Of a DNA stretch of 64,000 nucleotides, positions 36,249 to 52,137 are shown piece by piece. The notes beneath the pieces were generated by a model. That model did not search any database. It was not told where the DNA came from and was given only the letters and a program-made list of their open reading frames with translations. A program made the position numbers and the translations under genes. This DNA comes from Piromyces finnis finn. Lineage: Eukaryota; Fungi; Neocallimastigomycota. Each line of letters begins with the position of its first letter. The first letter of the stretch is position 1. The stretch spans positions 124,001 through 188,000 of the forward strand of contig MCFH01000042.1 in the NCBI GenBank assembly GCA_002104945.1, read 5' to 3'.

Positions 36249-38505
36249 TTAAAATAATATTAATAAGTCAATAATTCTCTTAAAATAACTTTTACACCAT
36301 TTACAAAATATTTTTATAACAACTAAATTTCGAAATTTAACTCATCACAAAATTTTGAAATTTCAACATTTCAAAAATTTTTACACCGAATATTTTTCAA
36401 TTATCATATTAAAACTTTATTATTTTTTATTTTTATTTTCATATTCAAAATCTGCAGTATCAATTTTATTATTAAAATTTTACCTACAAGAAAATTTTTC
36501 AAAAAGTGAAATTTCAAAATTCTCACAATGGCCAAGTGACCTTTTGAAATTATTACTTCCTCTCGAAAAAATTTTTTTAAAAATCAAAAATTTTTACTTT
36601 TCGCTCCAGTTCATAGAATTCGTCTGGAATACGAATTCCTAGGGAGGGCGTTGTGAAGATATTAACTGGATTTAAAACAAATTCAGATAATATCTATAAT
36701 TAATTAAACATAATAATTATAATTAAATAATTTCAATAATTATTTTAAAACACTTTTAAAAGTCACCTTTTAAATTTTGATTCAGTGAAAGGGTTATGAT
36801 TTCAAAAATTTAATATCAATATACTATAACCCTTAACCAAAAATAAGCAAGTACGAAATAAGGTGTAACTCGCCAAAAACGATCGCTACGGTGATGAAAC
36901 TAGGTTTATTGGAAAGCTTAGGAAGAAAGCTACAATTTGGTACAATCGCGGTCCTTCTAACTGATCATTTAAGGAAGTTATGATCATTTAAAGATTTTAT
37001 TAGGTAAATTAAAATCAATATGATATCAAGTATGGATCATAAATATTTCTTATGACTTGATGAAATTAAAAATATATCAATAGGAATTTTAGTTATATTA
37101 ATTTAATTAATGATAACGATTGTTACTAAAAATAGAACTAGACCCATTTAGGTGTAACAGTTAATACCTATAAATTAAATAATCTTAATTATTATAAAAT
37201 AGGTTAACGGCAAGTTTTATTAGAAATAATTTTGAAAATAATAATTATTTAGTTATAACAAATATGTTATGGTAATATCAATTAATAATGATGAATTATT
37301 AATTGAATAGTTTTTATAATTACTAATTAGGATCAACTGTTTAAATGATTAATCATATGTTTATTTTATTTTATGTCATGACAAACAAACAAACAAACAA
37401 ACAAACAATCTTATTACTTATTTAATTATATTACTAATATATTATATGTAATACTTTATTCTTATTAATATCAATTTAATAATCTGAACAAAGAATATAA
37501 AAGAGAATGAATTGAATTCGATTTTAATTCTTTGTAAAGATTATAGTTATAATCTTAATTATATAGTTACTTATAATATCATTTATATTATTATTAAATA
37601 AATAAAAAATTTATAAAAAGTTACTTTAAAGTAAATATAAATTTTTCATTTTTCATTTGGGAGTTTAAGGTGTTATTTTATAATTAAATTTAATTTCTTA
37701 AAAAACATTTTTACTATATAATTAATAACATTCTGACCTGGCCGCATAACCAAACCCAAAAACTTAACATTTAAATTAATAATATAAACTATTATTAAAA
37801 TGTGAAAATAAAGGTAAAATTAGAAACTTAACTTAATGAGTTTATTATAAGAAATTATAATAAACGAAACCAAATGTATCAGAATTATTTTGTGTATTTA
37901 ATAGTTTTTTTTTTAATATTTATTTTATTACTTATTATTTTGTATAAAGTTATTTATTATAATTAATCTTATAATAATAACTCTTGATTTCTCAAATCGA
38001 ACTCAAGAGTACTATTTATATGTTTTATTCTATTAAATTAAAATTTCTAAGAACATTCTAATCTTAACAAGAATCTTTTTAGGAAAAGACTAGAAGAAAA
38101 ACCTAAAAAGTTATTTGATTGATATTCTAATCATACCAATCATCGTAATATTAAGTAAAACCGTTGATAACGGGTAAAACCTTAATATCCGATTTCCTAT
38201 TACATACTAATATATAGTTGTATAATATTATTAATGTAATTAGTATGTGTTTTATCTTTTATAATACAAGTATATATATAAATGAATGTATAAATACATA
38301 ATTAAATAAATTAATTAATCTAATATAGCGAATGAATAATTATTAACTAAATAAATATTTACAATATTTAACTTAACAAATAACTATAATAATAAATAAA
38401 TATATTAATATAATCTAATGGATTAATGATTATTAACTAAATAAATTATTTGTAATGTTTAATACTAAGAATAAATAATAAGTATTTATTCTTACATTGC
38501 TCCTT

Positions 38506-41500
38506 TTATAAAGAATCTATTAGCTCGTTATTCCTTTTAATATAAGGTTCTAGCTGGGAGATATGAAATACCGGATGAATTCGCATAGATTCTGGTAATT
38601 CCAAACGGTAGTTCATTCTATCCCTTTTTTCAATAATTTTGAAAGGTCCTAAATATTGAGAAGATAGTTTTTTTGAAGGCTCATTTGTAAAATAGTGTCT
38701 TTTAAGCCATACCATATCATTCACATTCAATATAGGACCAGATGATTTTTTAGAATCTGAATATTTTTTGAAATCATCTTTTGCTTTCGCTAGTTGTGAC
38801 TTTAGTGCATTGAAATGAGATGACCAGTCTCTCAATAAATTAGATGCATTGTCTTTTAAAAGAATTGGAGGTGAGCTAATATCGCAACTAGGATTGAATC
38901 CGTAGTTAGCAAAAAAAGGAGACTTACCTGTGGATTTGTGTAGGGAGTTGTTGTAAGCAAATTCACAAAGGGGTAGATAATAACACCATTCACTTTGACT
39001 TGTTGAACAGTAGCATCTTAAATATTGCTCTACTACAGCATTTGCTCTTTCTATTTGGCCATTGGATTGTTGATGAAATGCGGTAGCAATATTTGGTTTA
39101 ATATTAAGAGTAGAACAGAGTGAAGTCCAGAATTCTGAGGAGAACTGAGAACCGTGATCGGAAATAACGATCTTTGGGAAACCATGATAACGGAACACAT
39201 TGAATAATAAGAGTTTAGCTGTTAAGTCAGCAGAAGGAACATCAGCACAGGGCACTAGATGGATCATTTTAGTTAAGTGATCTCCGACAACCATGATACA
39301 AGTACAATTTTGCGATGTGGGTAAAGATACTATAAAATCGACTCCAATTATTTCCCAAGGTCTATTTGGGATTGGGAGAGGCTGTACTTTTCCATATGGC
39401 TTATGCCTGCGAGTTTTACATTTCCCACATATAATACATGAAGAAACGTAATTTTGGATATCCCTCTTCATATTCGGCCACCAGTAGTAACGTTTAATTC
39501 GATCTAAGGTTTTATCAATACCACTATGGCCACTTAGAGGGTTGTCATGAAATTTTCTAAGAATTCCTGCCCTGAGGGGAGATGGTAAAATAATCCGATT
39601 TTGGAAATGCAATACGCCATCAATAAGACTAAATAAAGAACTTTTTATATTGTTTGACTTATCTTTAATTTTTTCCAAAGTCTCTTTGCAGAATTTATCG
39701 TCCTTTTGGGCTTCAATAAGGCCACTAATACTGTCACGGATTGTGCAGCAAAAGGCTTCTTCTTTAAGCAAAGGACTATTTGTACCAGTCTTATTTCTTT
39801 TGTAATCTGGACGTCTTGAAAGTGCATCTGGTTTACCCCCTCTAGCTCCTGGCCTAAAAGATATTCTATAGTCAAATTTAGATAGAAACATACTCCAGCG
39901 TATCTGTCTCTGGTTAAGATGTTGAGGTTTTTTAAAATACAATAAATTTCGGTGATCCGTAATAATTTGCACAGGATATTTGGCACCCTCAAGATGATGC
40001 CTCCAGATGTCGAATGCCGTGATTATTGCGAGTAGCTCTTTGTCGTATATAGTATAATTAAATTCAGCGTTACTTAAAGATCTTGAATAAAAAGCGACTG
40101 GATGTAATAGATTATCGGCTTCAGATATTTGGGAAATAATACATCCTAAAGCAAAGTCGCTTGCGTCTGTTTCTACTACAAATTCCTTTTCAGGGTCAGG
40201 GAAAATAAGAAGTTCATTTTCTAAAAAGGAATTCTTTAGCTTATTAAATGCTTCATTAATAGAACCATCCCATTTGAATTCAGAATTCTTCTTAAGGAGT
40301 TTGCGGAGCGGTTCCATTATTCCAGCGAAGTTTTTTATAAACTTTCTATAGAAATTGCACAATCCTAAAAAACTTTGAAGTTCTTTAAGATTTTTCGGGA
40401 CAGGCCACTCAATTATTGATTTCACTTTGTTTTTGTCCATTGTTAGGCCATTCGTAGAAACAGTAAAACCGAGGAAAGTAGTTTCTTTCACGTGAAACTC
40501 GCATTTCTCTAACTTTGCGTAAAGGCTGTTTTTTGCTAATGTATTTAAGATCTGTTTTACGTGTTTGATATGGTCAGATTCGTTTCGGGAGTATATAATA
40601 ATGTCGTCTAGATATACTTGGGCAAAGACACCAATAGCATCAGATAGAATGTCCTGAATAAATCTTTGGAATACTGAAGGAGCATTCCGGAGTCCGAAAG
40701 GCATTACTAAATATTCAAAATGGCCAATTGGCGTTCTAAAAGCTGTTAAATATTCATGACCTTCTTTGACCCTAACCAGATTATATGCAGATCTGAGATC
40801 TAAGCGAGAAAATAATTTAGCCCCTCTAAACGACTCTATTAAGTCATTTATTTTAGGAATCGGATAACTATTTCTTATAGTTATCGCATTCAACCGCCTG
40901 TAGTCGACACAAAGCCTAAGAGAACCGTCGTGTTTTTTGACAAAGAGCACGGGAGCACCTGCCGGAGATCTCGATTTTCTTATAAATCCTTTGGAGAGGT
41001 TTTCATCAATATATGCTTTCAGGGCTTCCATTTCTTTAACCGTGAGAGAGTAAATTGGTCCATAATACAACTGACCACCTGGAATGATGTCAATTGAGAT
41101 ATCATAATCACGATGCGGAGGTAATTTATCCGCATTTTTCTTCACAAAAACATTCATTTGATCATAATAATGTTTTTTGATAATATCTTCATTATCTTTC
41201 TGATTGATACTTACCTCTGGTAGATTCTCATCCATCATCGCAGCACATATATCTGATTCATACAGTTCATCCGTGGAAATGGAGTCTGGTATTATCGAGT
41301 CATTTTCTGCTTTGTCTAACATAGATGCTGTGATTTCTTTAGAATGAAAGACAAATTTGTTACCACGAGCAGAATTGCAATGATTCCCACAATATCTTTC
41401 GAGAAAGTATATTTTGTTTGTTTTATAATTAAGGAATGGGTTATGTATTGTGAGCCAATCACGACCCAAAATACCAGAAATGCCATGGAGCTGTAAATTT

Positions 41501-42540
41501 CCAATACAGAATTCGTAAGTTTCAATGTGGTCCATGATTTTGAGTTTTAATGGTTTTGTTGATTGCTTTATTGTCATACTTTTACTGTTAGGAAGTTGTA
41601 TATTGACAGGGGATGTCAATCCAAGAGTTGGTATTTTGTTTGCATTTACAAATGTTTTGCAAATGAAACTTCTTGCAGAGCCCGAGTCTATGAGAAAGTT
41701 GATCCTAATATTTCTTCCATTCAATATCAAACAGCATGTAGTGGTAATTGTTTTACCTTTATCTGGAGTATAATTCGCAGAAAGTATATTGTTTCTTTGT
41801 TTATCTTTCGAGAATTTTGGATGTTTGGCTTTTCTTTCACTTCTGCTAAAGTAATTTTTCCTTTTACCATTGCTTTTGTTAAATGGATTGGTTTCATTTC
41901 TTATATAACTTTCCAGGTAGCATTTTCTATCAATATTAATTATCGCATTTGTGGCATCAAAAAGAGACTTAGGTCTATCCAATTTATCAAATTCTTCCCT
42001 CACTTTGTTAATTAGTCCCTTACCAATGATATCGATAAAAACCTCGTCAGGCCATCCAATCCTTCCAGCTAATCTTCTAAACTCGATAGTGTATTCCGTA
42101 ACTTTACCTAATTGGGTTTGTTTAAGTTCCCAAAGATTGTTCATAAGGACATACTTTTGTTTTTGTATATCCCCGGTCTCAAAGTTATTTAATAGTAGAG
42201 TCTTAAAATTTTCAAAACTAAGAGTTTTTAGAGTTCCGTCTACTAGAAGAGAAAGACCCCACTTTCTGGCTAATCCATCAAGTTTTCCAATGATGAAAGA
42301 ATTCTTAGATTCGTCACTTGAGAAAGATTTTGGATGATCTTTAAAGAAATCTTCACTTTGAATAATAATCTCCATTATGTTATCTTTGGAACCTGCTTCT
42401 TTTTCCTTTGAAAGAACGCCATTAGGAGAAAAGAAGGTAGGTATAAACTCGGTCATCGCTTCTACAAGCCTTGAAGCGGTAGGGTTACTTTCATTATCTT
42501 GAATATTATCAAGGTTTTCTTTTGGCACAATTTCCGACAT
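38506..42540 (-). CDS. Element D gag-pol polyprotein (1344 aa)
   Basis: Capsid-like region, LIDSGS, YLDDIIIY, VETDASD, ITDHRNL, HH-CC, GVDFIV/SDHGSQF and GPF. It ends just after FHISQLEPY with no chromodomain. Confidence 0.95.
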   Translation of the reverse strand: MSEIVPKENLDNIQDNESNPTASRLVEAMTEFIPTFFSPNGVLSKEKEAGSKDNIMEIIIQSEDFFKDHPKSFSSDESKNSFIIGKLDGLARKWGLSLLVDGTLKTLSFENFKTLLLNNFETGDIQKQKYVLMNNLWELKQTQLGKVTEYTIEFRRLAGRIGWPDEVFIDIIGKGLINKVREEFDKLDRPKSLFDATNAIINIDRKCYLESYIRNETNPFNKSNGKRKNYFSRSERKAKHPKFSKDKQRNNILSANYTPDKGKTITTTCCLILNGRNIRINFLIDSGSARSFICKTFVNANKIPTLGLTSPVNIQLPNSKSMTIKQSTKPLKLKIMDHIETYEFCIGNLQLHGISGILGRDWLTIHNPFLNYKTNKIYFLERYCGNHCNSARGNKFVFHSKEITASMLDKAENDSIIPDSISTDELYESDICAAMMDENLPEVSINQKDNEDIIKKHYYDQMNVFVKKNADKLPPHRDYDISIDIIPGGQLYYGPIYSLTVKEMEALKAYIDENLSKGFIRKSRSPAGAPVLFVKKHDGSLRLCVDYRRLNAITIRNSYPIPKINDLIESFRGAKLFSRLDLRSAYNLVRVKEGHEYLTAFRTPIGHFEYLVMPFGLRNAPSVFQRFIQDILSDAIGVFAQVYLDDIIIYSRNESDHIKHVKQILNTLAKNSLYAKLEKCEFHVKETTFLGFTVSTNGLTMDKNKVKSIIEWPVPKNLKELQSFLGLCNFYRKFIKNFAGIMEPLRKLLKKNSEFKWDGSINEAFNKLKNSFLENELLIFPDPEKEFVVETDASDFALGCIISQISEADNLLHPVAFYSRSLSNAEFNYTIYDKELLAIITAFDIWRHHLEGAKYPVQIITDHRNLLYFKKPQHLNQRQIRWSMFLSKFDYRISFRPGARGGKPDALSRRPDYKRNKTGTNSPLLKEEAFCCTIRDSISGLIEAQKDDKFCKETLEKIKDKSNNIKSSLFSLIDGVLHFQNRIILPSPLRAGILRKFHDNPLSGHSGIDKTLDRIKRYYWWPNMKRDIQNYVSSCIICGKCKTRRHKPYGKVQPLPIPNRPWEIIGVDFIVSLPTSQNCTCIMVVGDHLTKMIHLVPCADVPSADLTAKLLLFNVFRYHGFPKIVISDHGSQFSSEFWTSLCSTLNIKPNIATAFHQQSNGQIERANAVVEQYLRCYCSTSQSEWCYYLPLCEFAYNNSLHKSTGKSPFFANYGFNPSCDISSPPILLKDNASNLLRDWSSHFNALKSQLAKAKDDFKKYSDSKKSSGPILNVNDMVWLKRHYFTNEPSKKLSSQYLGPFKIIEKRDRMNYRLELPESMRIHPVFHISQLEPYIKRNNELIDSL

Positions 42541-42692
42541 TTTAAAGGTAGTTGATTATTATTTATCAAAAAAAAAGAAAAAAGAGAGAGAAAAAAAAAA
42601 AATTTAAAAAATTTAACAAAATATAATAATTTATAATATTATATATGTATATTGATTGGTGAAAAAAAAAAATTTTTTTTTGTGTAACAAAG

Positions 42693-42704
42693 AAGAGTTA
42701 TTAT
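42693..42704 (-). promoter_or_regulatory. Self-priming-type PBS of element D (sense ATAATAACTCTT)
   Basis: Abuts the 5' LTR and is the 12-nt exact reverse complement of LTR positions 42953-42964. Confidence 0.82.
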
Positions 42705-44246
42705 TGTAATAATTATATTATATTTATTATATAATAATAATTATTAGCTTTAAATTAATAATATAAACTATTATTAAAATGTGAAAATAAAGGTAAAATT
42801 AGAAACTTAACTTAATGAGTTTATTATAAGAAATTATAATAAACGAAACCAAATGTATCAGAATTATTTTGTGTATTTAATAGTTTTTTTTTTTATATTT
42901 ATTTTATTACTTATTATTTTGTATAAAGTTATTTATTATAATTAATCTTATAATAATAACTCTTGATTTCTCAAATCGAACTCAAGAGTACTATTTATAT
43001 GTTTTATTCTATTAAATTAAAATTTCTAAGAACATTCTAATCTTAACAAGAATCTTTTTAGGAAAAGACTAGAAGAAAAACCTAAAAAGTTATTTGATTG
43101 ATATTCTAATCATACCAATCATCGTAATATTAAGTAAAACCGTTGATAACGGGTAAAACCTTAATATCCGATTTCCTATTACATACTAATATATAGTTGT
43201 ATAATATTATTAATGTAATTAGTATGTGTTTTATCTTTTATAATACAAGTATATATATAAATGAATGTATAAATACATAATTAAATAAATTAATTAATCT
43301 AATATAGCGAATGAATAATTATTAACTAAATAAATATTTACAATATTTAACTTAACAAATAACTATAATAATAAATAAATATATTAATATAATCTAATGG
43401 ATTAATGATTATTAACTAAATAAATTATTTGTAATGTTTAATACTAAGAATAAATAATAAGTATTTATTCTTACACAATGATACAAGATGAATAGAAAAA
43501 TATAATATTTTAAATATTTTATGAATAATATCTAATCCTTTTATAAATTGTATATCAATTACTAATGATAATAATAATTAAACTATATTAGTATAAATTA
43601 TTATGACGCAAATGTTACACATACATTAGAATAATTAGTTACACAAGAAAGGAAAAGATATAAAAAGAGAGTGTTAAAGCAGAAGATATGAAGAGAGAGA
43701 ACTTTTCATTTATAAATAATATTTGATATTTTAGTTTTAAGTATTAGTTTTATTTTATTTTATTTTTATATTAATAGTTTTAGTTTAAGTTAGTTTTAGG
43801 TTAATAATTACGTATTTAGTATTTATTATATTTCCTTCAGTTTAAATATTAGTTATAAAAGAAAAGAATATTTATTGTTTATTTTTACTATTTCAGAAAA
43901 GTTATATTTTATCATTAATAATACTTTCATCAACATATTTTTATATTTACACATTATATTTAACTATTTATATTTATTCAATAATAACTTTCGATCCTAT
44001 TAGTATTGAATGTTATTAATGTTATAATCATAATAATAATAATAATTAAATAAAGAATCTTTAAACCAAAATCTATTTAATTATATTATTATAAAATTTA
44101 TTATTTTTATTATTTATTTTTATCATTATAAAATAGAAATAAATACAATATTAACTAATATATTATTCATATATCATTCCCTATTGCTAACGTTCATAAT
44201 TATATTTTATTTATGGTGTTTTTGAAATATATTGCATCATAAAATT

Positions 44247-44263
44247 TGGTGGAGAATCCGGGC
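44247..44263 (+). promoter_or_regulatory. tRNA-type PBS of element E, probably tRNA-Ala
   Basis: TGGTGGAGAATCCGGGC is complementary to a 3' end GCCCGGATTCTCCACCA, closely resembling eukaryotic tRNA-Ala 3' ends as I recall them (…GCCCGCATTCTCCACCA). Confidence 0.75.
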
Positions 44264-44495
44264 GTAGCAATATTGAATAATATGAAACATTAATAGTATT
44301 ATTTCTATTCTAATTATATTTATTTTTTTTTTTTATTATTTTTAATTAAAATAAGTTCTTTTATATAAATAAAACTTTCTACTATAAAACTATTAAATAT
44401 ACACAAATATTATATATATATATATAAAATTATTATAACAATAATATATAAGAAGTTATTATATAAATTTATTTTAAAATAAATAAATAATTAAA

Positions 44496-45953
44496 ATGTT
44501 TGACGCCACTAAAGTAAAAAGAGACCTTCCATACCTCTGCGATTATGGAAAGGATATTGATTCCTGGATGGAGGATTTTATAAGTGTCATGGAGATCCAT
44601 GATATACAAGAGCCCTCTAGAATATTTGTGTGGTTAAAAGTTGCCGTTGAAGCAGATATCAAGAATGTTTTGAAATCTTTATGTACCTCTCATAATAATG
44701 TTAAAAGGTATCCTACTTATAAAGAGGTACAATCTGCTATTGAAGATTATCTGGAAATAAAGCCAGGGGATAAATGTTCAGTATTAAAAACATTAAAAAT
44801 TAAACAAAACGAAACTATAAAAAGCTTCAACTATAAATACTTAACTCTTTACCACCGCTTGGAAAGAGATTTTATGAAAATTATTTCTGTGGATGACTAT
44901 TTAAACTCTATTAAGAAAAGAGTTTATCCACACTCCCAAGTTATATTAGCCGAATGTGAAACATTATCTGAAGCTTTTAAAGTTGCTGAAAAGGCTGAGA
45001 AAGCCGAAAGAAGAACCATAGAAAGTACTGAAACTAACAATATTTCTATGGTATACCAAAATACAAAAAATACTCGAAATGTTTTGTTAGACCATCCGTT
45101 ATATAGAGGATTAGTAGATGATGATAATGTTAATATTAACCATAGCAATTTTAATAACTCTTATTCAAATTATGTACAAGAAAAGCCTATCGGAAGATCC
45201 TATCCAGGTATCCCAAGAAATTATGAAAATGTGTATTTTAATAATAGTAACTTCCGGAGTATCAGATGTTACTATTGCAAGCAAATGGGACATAAAGCTA
45301 GTGAATGCCCAAATAAAAGAGAAAGAAATAATTTCAATAATTTCAATAATTTTAATCAATTTAATAATCAAAGAAATTCTTATAACAGATATGGAAATTT
45401 ATATAATAATAATGATAACAATAATTACAACAATAATAGTTATTTAAATGGATTTAATACTAATACTAATAACAACAACCAAAAGGATAATAGAAACATT
45501 AATGAAAATAATTATATGGATTATCATCATAAAAATAACTATAATAATATGAATAACAATTATTATATGTACACCAATAATGATTATAAGAAAGGTAATT
45601 TTAATCCAAATGGAAATTACAATTATAATGAAAGTAATAATATTAATAGCTACAATAATTATAATAATACTATTGGATATAATGGATATAATAATAATGG
45701 TTTTAATAGTTATAATAAAAACAACACAATGAATAATAATACATTTAATAACGTCAGTAATGTTAATAAGAATAATATGAGGAACAACATTAATGATAGT
45801 GATAACAGGAACAATATTAATAATAATTACCCTAATCAATTAAATAATCAATATTATAATAATTATTATAATAAGACCTTACCAGAAAATAATTACAATA
45901 AAGCAACCAAAATAAATTTAAACAATCCATCTGAATCAAATAATTTAAACTAG
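44496..45953 (+). CDS. Element E gag
   Basis: Capsid-like N-half, the knuckle CYYCKQMGHKASEC and an Asn-rich tail. Confidence 0.92.
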   Translation: MFDATKVKRDLPYLCDYGKDIDSWMEDFISVMEIHDIQEPSRIFVWLKVAVEADIKNVLKSLCTSHNNVKRYPTYKEVQSAIEDYLEIKPGDKCSVLKTLKIKQNETIKSFNYKYLTLYHRLERDFMKIISVDDYLNSIKKRVYPHSQVILAECETLSEAFKVAEKAEKAERRTIESTETNNISMVYQNTKNTRNVLLDHPLYRGLVDDDNVNINHSNFNNSYSNYVQEKPIGRSYPGIPRNYENVYFNNSNFRSIRCYYCKQMGHKASECPNKRERNNFNNFNNFNQFNNQRNSYNRYGNLYNNNDNNNYNNNSYLNGFNTNTNNNNQKDNRNINENNYMDYHHKNNYNNMNNNYYMYTNNDYKKGNFNPNGNYNYNESNNINSYNNYNNTIGYNGYNNNGFNSYNKNNTMNNNTFNNVSNVNKNNMRNNINDSDNRNNINNNYPNQLNNQYYNNYYNKTLPENNYNKATKINLNNPSESNNLN

Positions 45954-45977
45954 TTTATGGGAGAAGGACAACTCCCA
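45944..45977 (+). promoter_or_regulatory. -1 ribosomal frameshift signal of element E
   Basis: T TTA AAC precedes the gag TAG. After a 7-nt spacer comes TGGGAG-aaggacaa-CTCCCA. The -1 frame is open into the pol ORF. Confidence 0.88.
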
Positions 45978-46036
45978 GTAATCAAACCAAGTTTGGCAAT
46001 TCTTTTGATTCAAATGATGAAATAAATGAAAATATT

Positions 46037-51268
<5,232 letters not shown>

Positions 51269-52137
51269 TGAAAAATACGACGACTTCAAGGGACGAAGTC
51301 TTATTTAAAGTGGGGGCCTCCTGATACAAGATGAATAGAAAAATATAATATTTTAAATATTTTATGAATAATATCTAATCCTTTTATAAATTGTATATCA
51401 ATTACTAATGATAATAATAATTAAACTATATTAGTATAAATTATTATGACGCAAATGTTACACATACATTAGAATAATTAGTTACACAAGAAAGGAAAAG
51501 ATATAAAAAGAGAGTGTTAAAGCAGAAGATATGAAGAGAGAGAACTTTTCATTTATAAATAATATTTGATATTTTAGTTTTAAGTATTAGTTTTATTTTA
51601 TTTTATTTTTATATTAATAGTTTTAGTTTAAGTTAGTTTTAGGTTAATAATTACGTATTTAGTATTTATTATATTTCCTTCAGTTTAAATATTAGTTATA
51701 AAAGAAAAGAATATTTATTGTTTATTTTTACTATTTCAGAAAAGTTATATTTTATCATTAATAATACTTTCATCAACATATTTTTATATTTACACATTAT
51801 ATTTAACTATTTATATTTATTCAATAATAACTTTCGATCCTATTAGTATTGAATGTTATTAATGTTATAATCATAATAATAATAATAATTAAATAAAGAA
51901 TCTTTAAACCAAAATCTATTTAATTATATTATTATAAAATTTATTATTTTTATTATTTATTTTTATCATTATAAAATAGAAATAAATACAATATTAACTA
52001 ATATATTATTCATATATCATTCCCTATTGCTAACGTTCATAATTATATTTTATTTATGGTGTTTTTGAAATATATTGCATCAACAATTTTGGTGAAAAGG
52101 TACAAAACCTTTATACGTTACAACCGTATTCAACTCT

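Larger units (their letters stand above)
30258..37769 (+). mobile_element. Element C: intact full-length Ty3/gypsy (chromovirus-like) LTR retrotransposon
   Basis: 1118-bp LTRs at 30258-31375 and 36652-37769, almost identical. TSD TTTAA at 30253-30257 and 37770-37774. PPT agggagggcg at 36641-36650. Gag and pol are open. Confidence 0.98.
30209..43475 (-). mobile_element. Element D: full-length Tf1/sushi-like Ty3/gypsy element with an intact single gag-pol ORF; its 3' LTR is interrupted by element C
   Basis: LTRs 42705-43475 (771 bp) and 30209-30257 + 37775-38496 (771 bp). TSD CAATG at 30204-30208 and 43476-43480. PPT at 38497-38508. Confidence 0.95.

Noticed and set aside
36355-36642. 95-aa ORF after the C pol as an env-like or extra gene
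   Set aside because: It starts at TTG, is low-complexity Phe/Lys-rich, and arises from repeated aaaattt motifs in the 3' UTR.
52088-52097. TTGGTGAA after the 3' LTR of E read as a second PBS (tandem element)
   Set aside because: Only ~7 nt match. The sequence joins the left flank at 30206 through the ACAA TSD, so it is target DNA.
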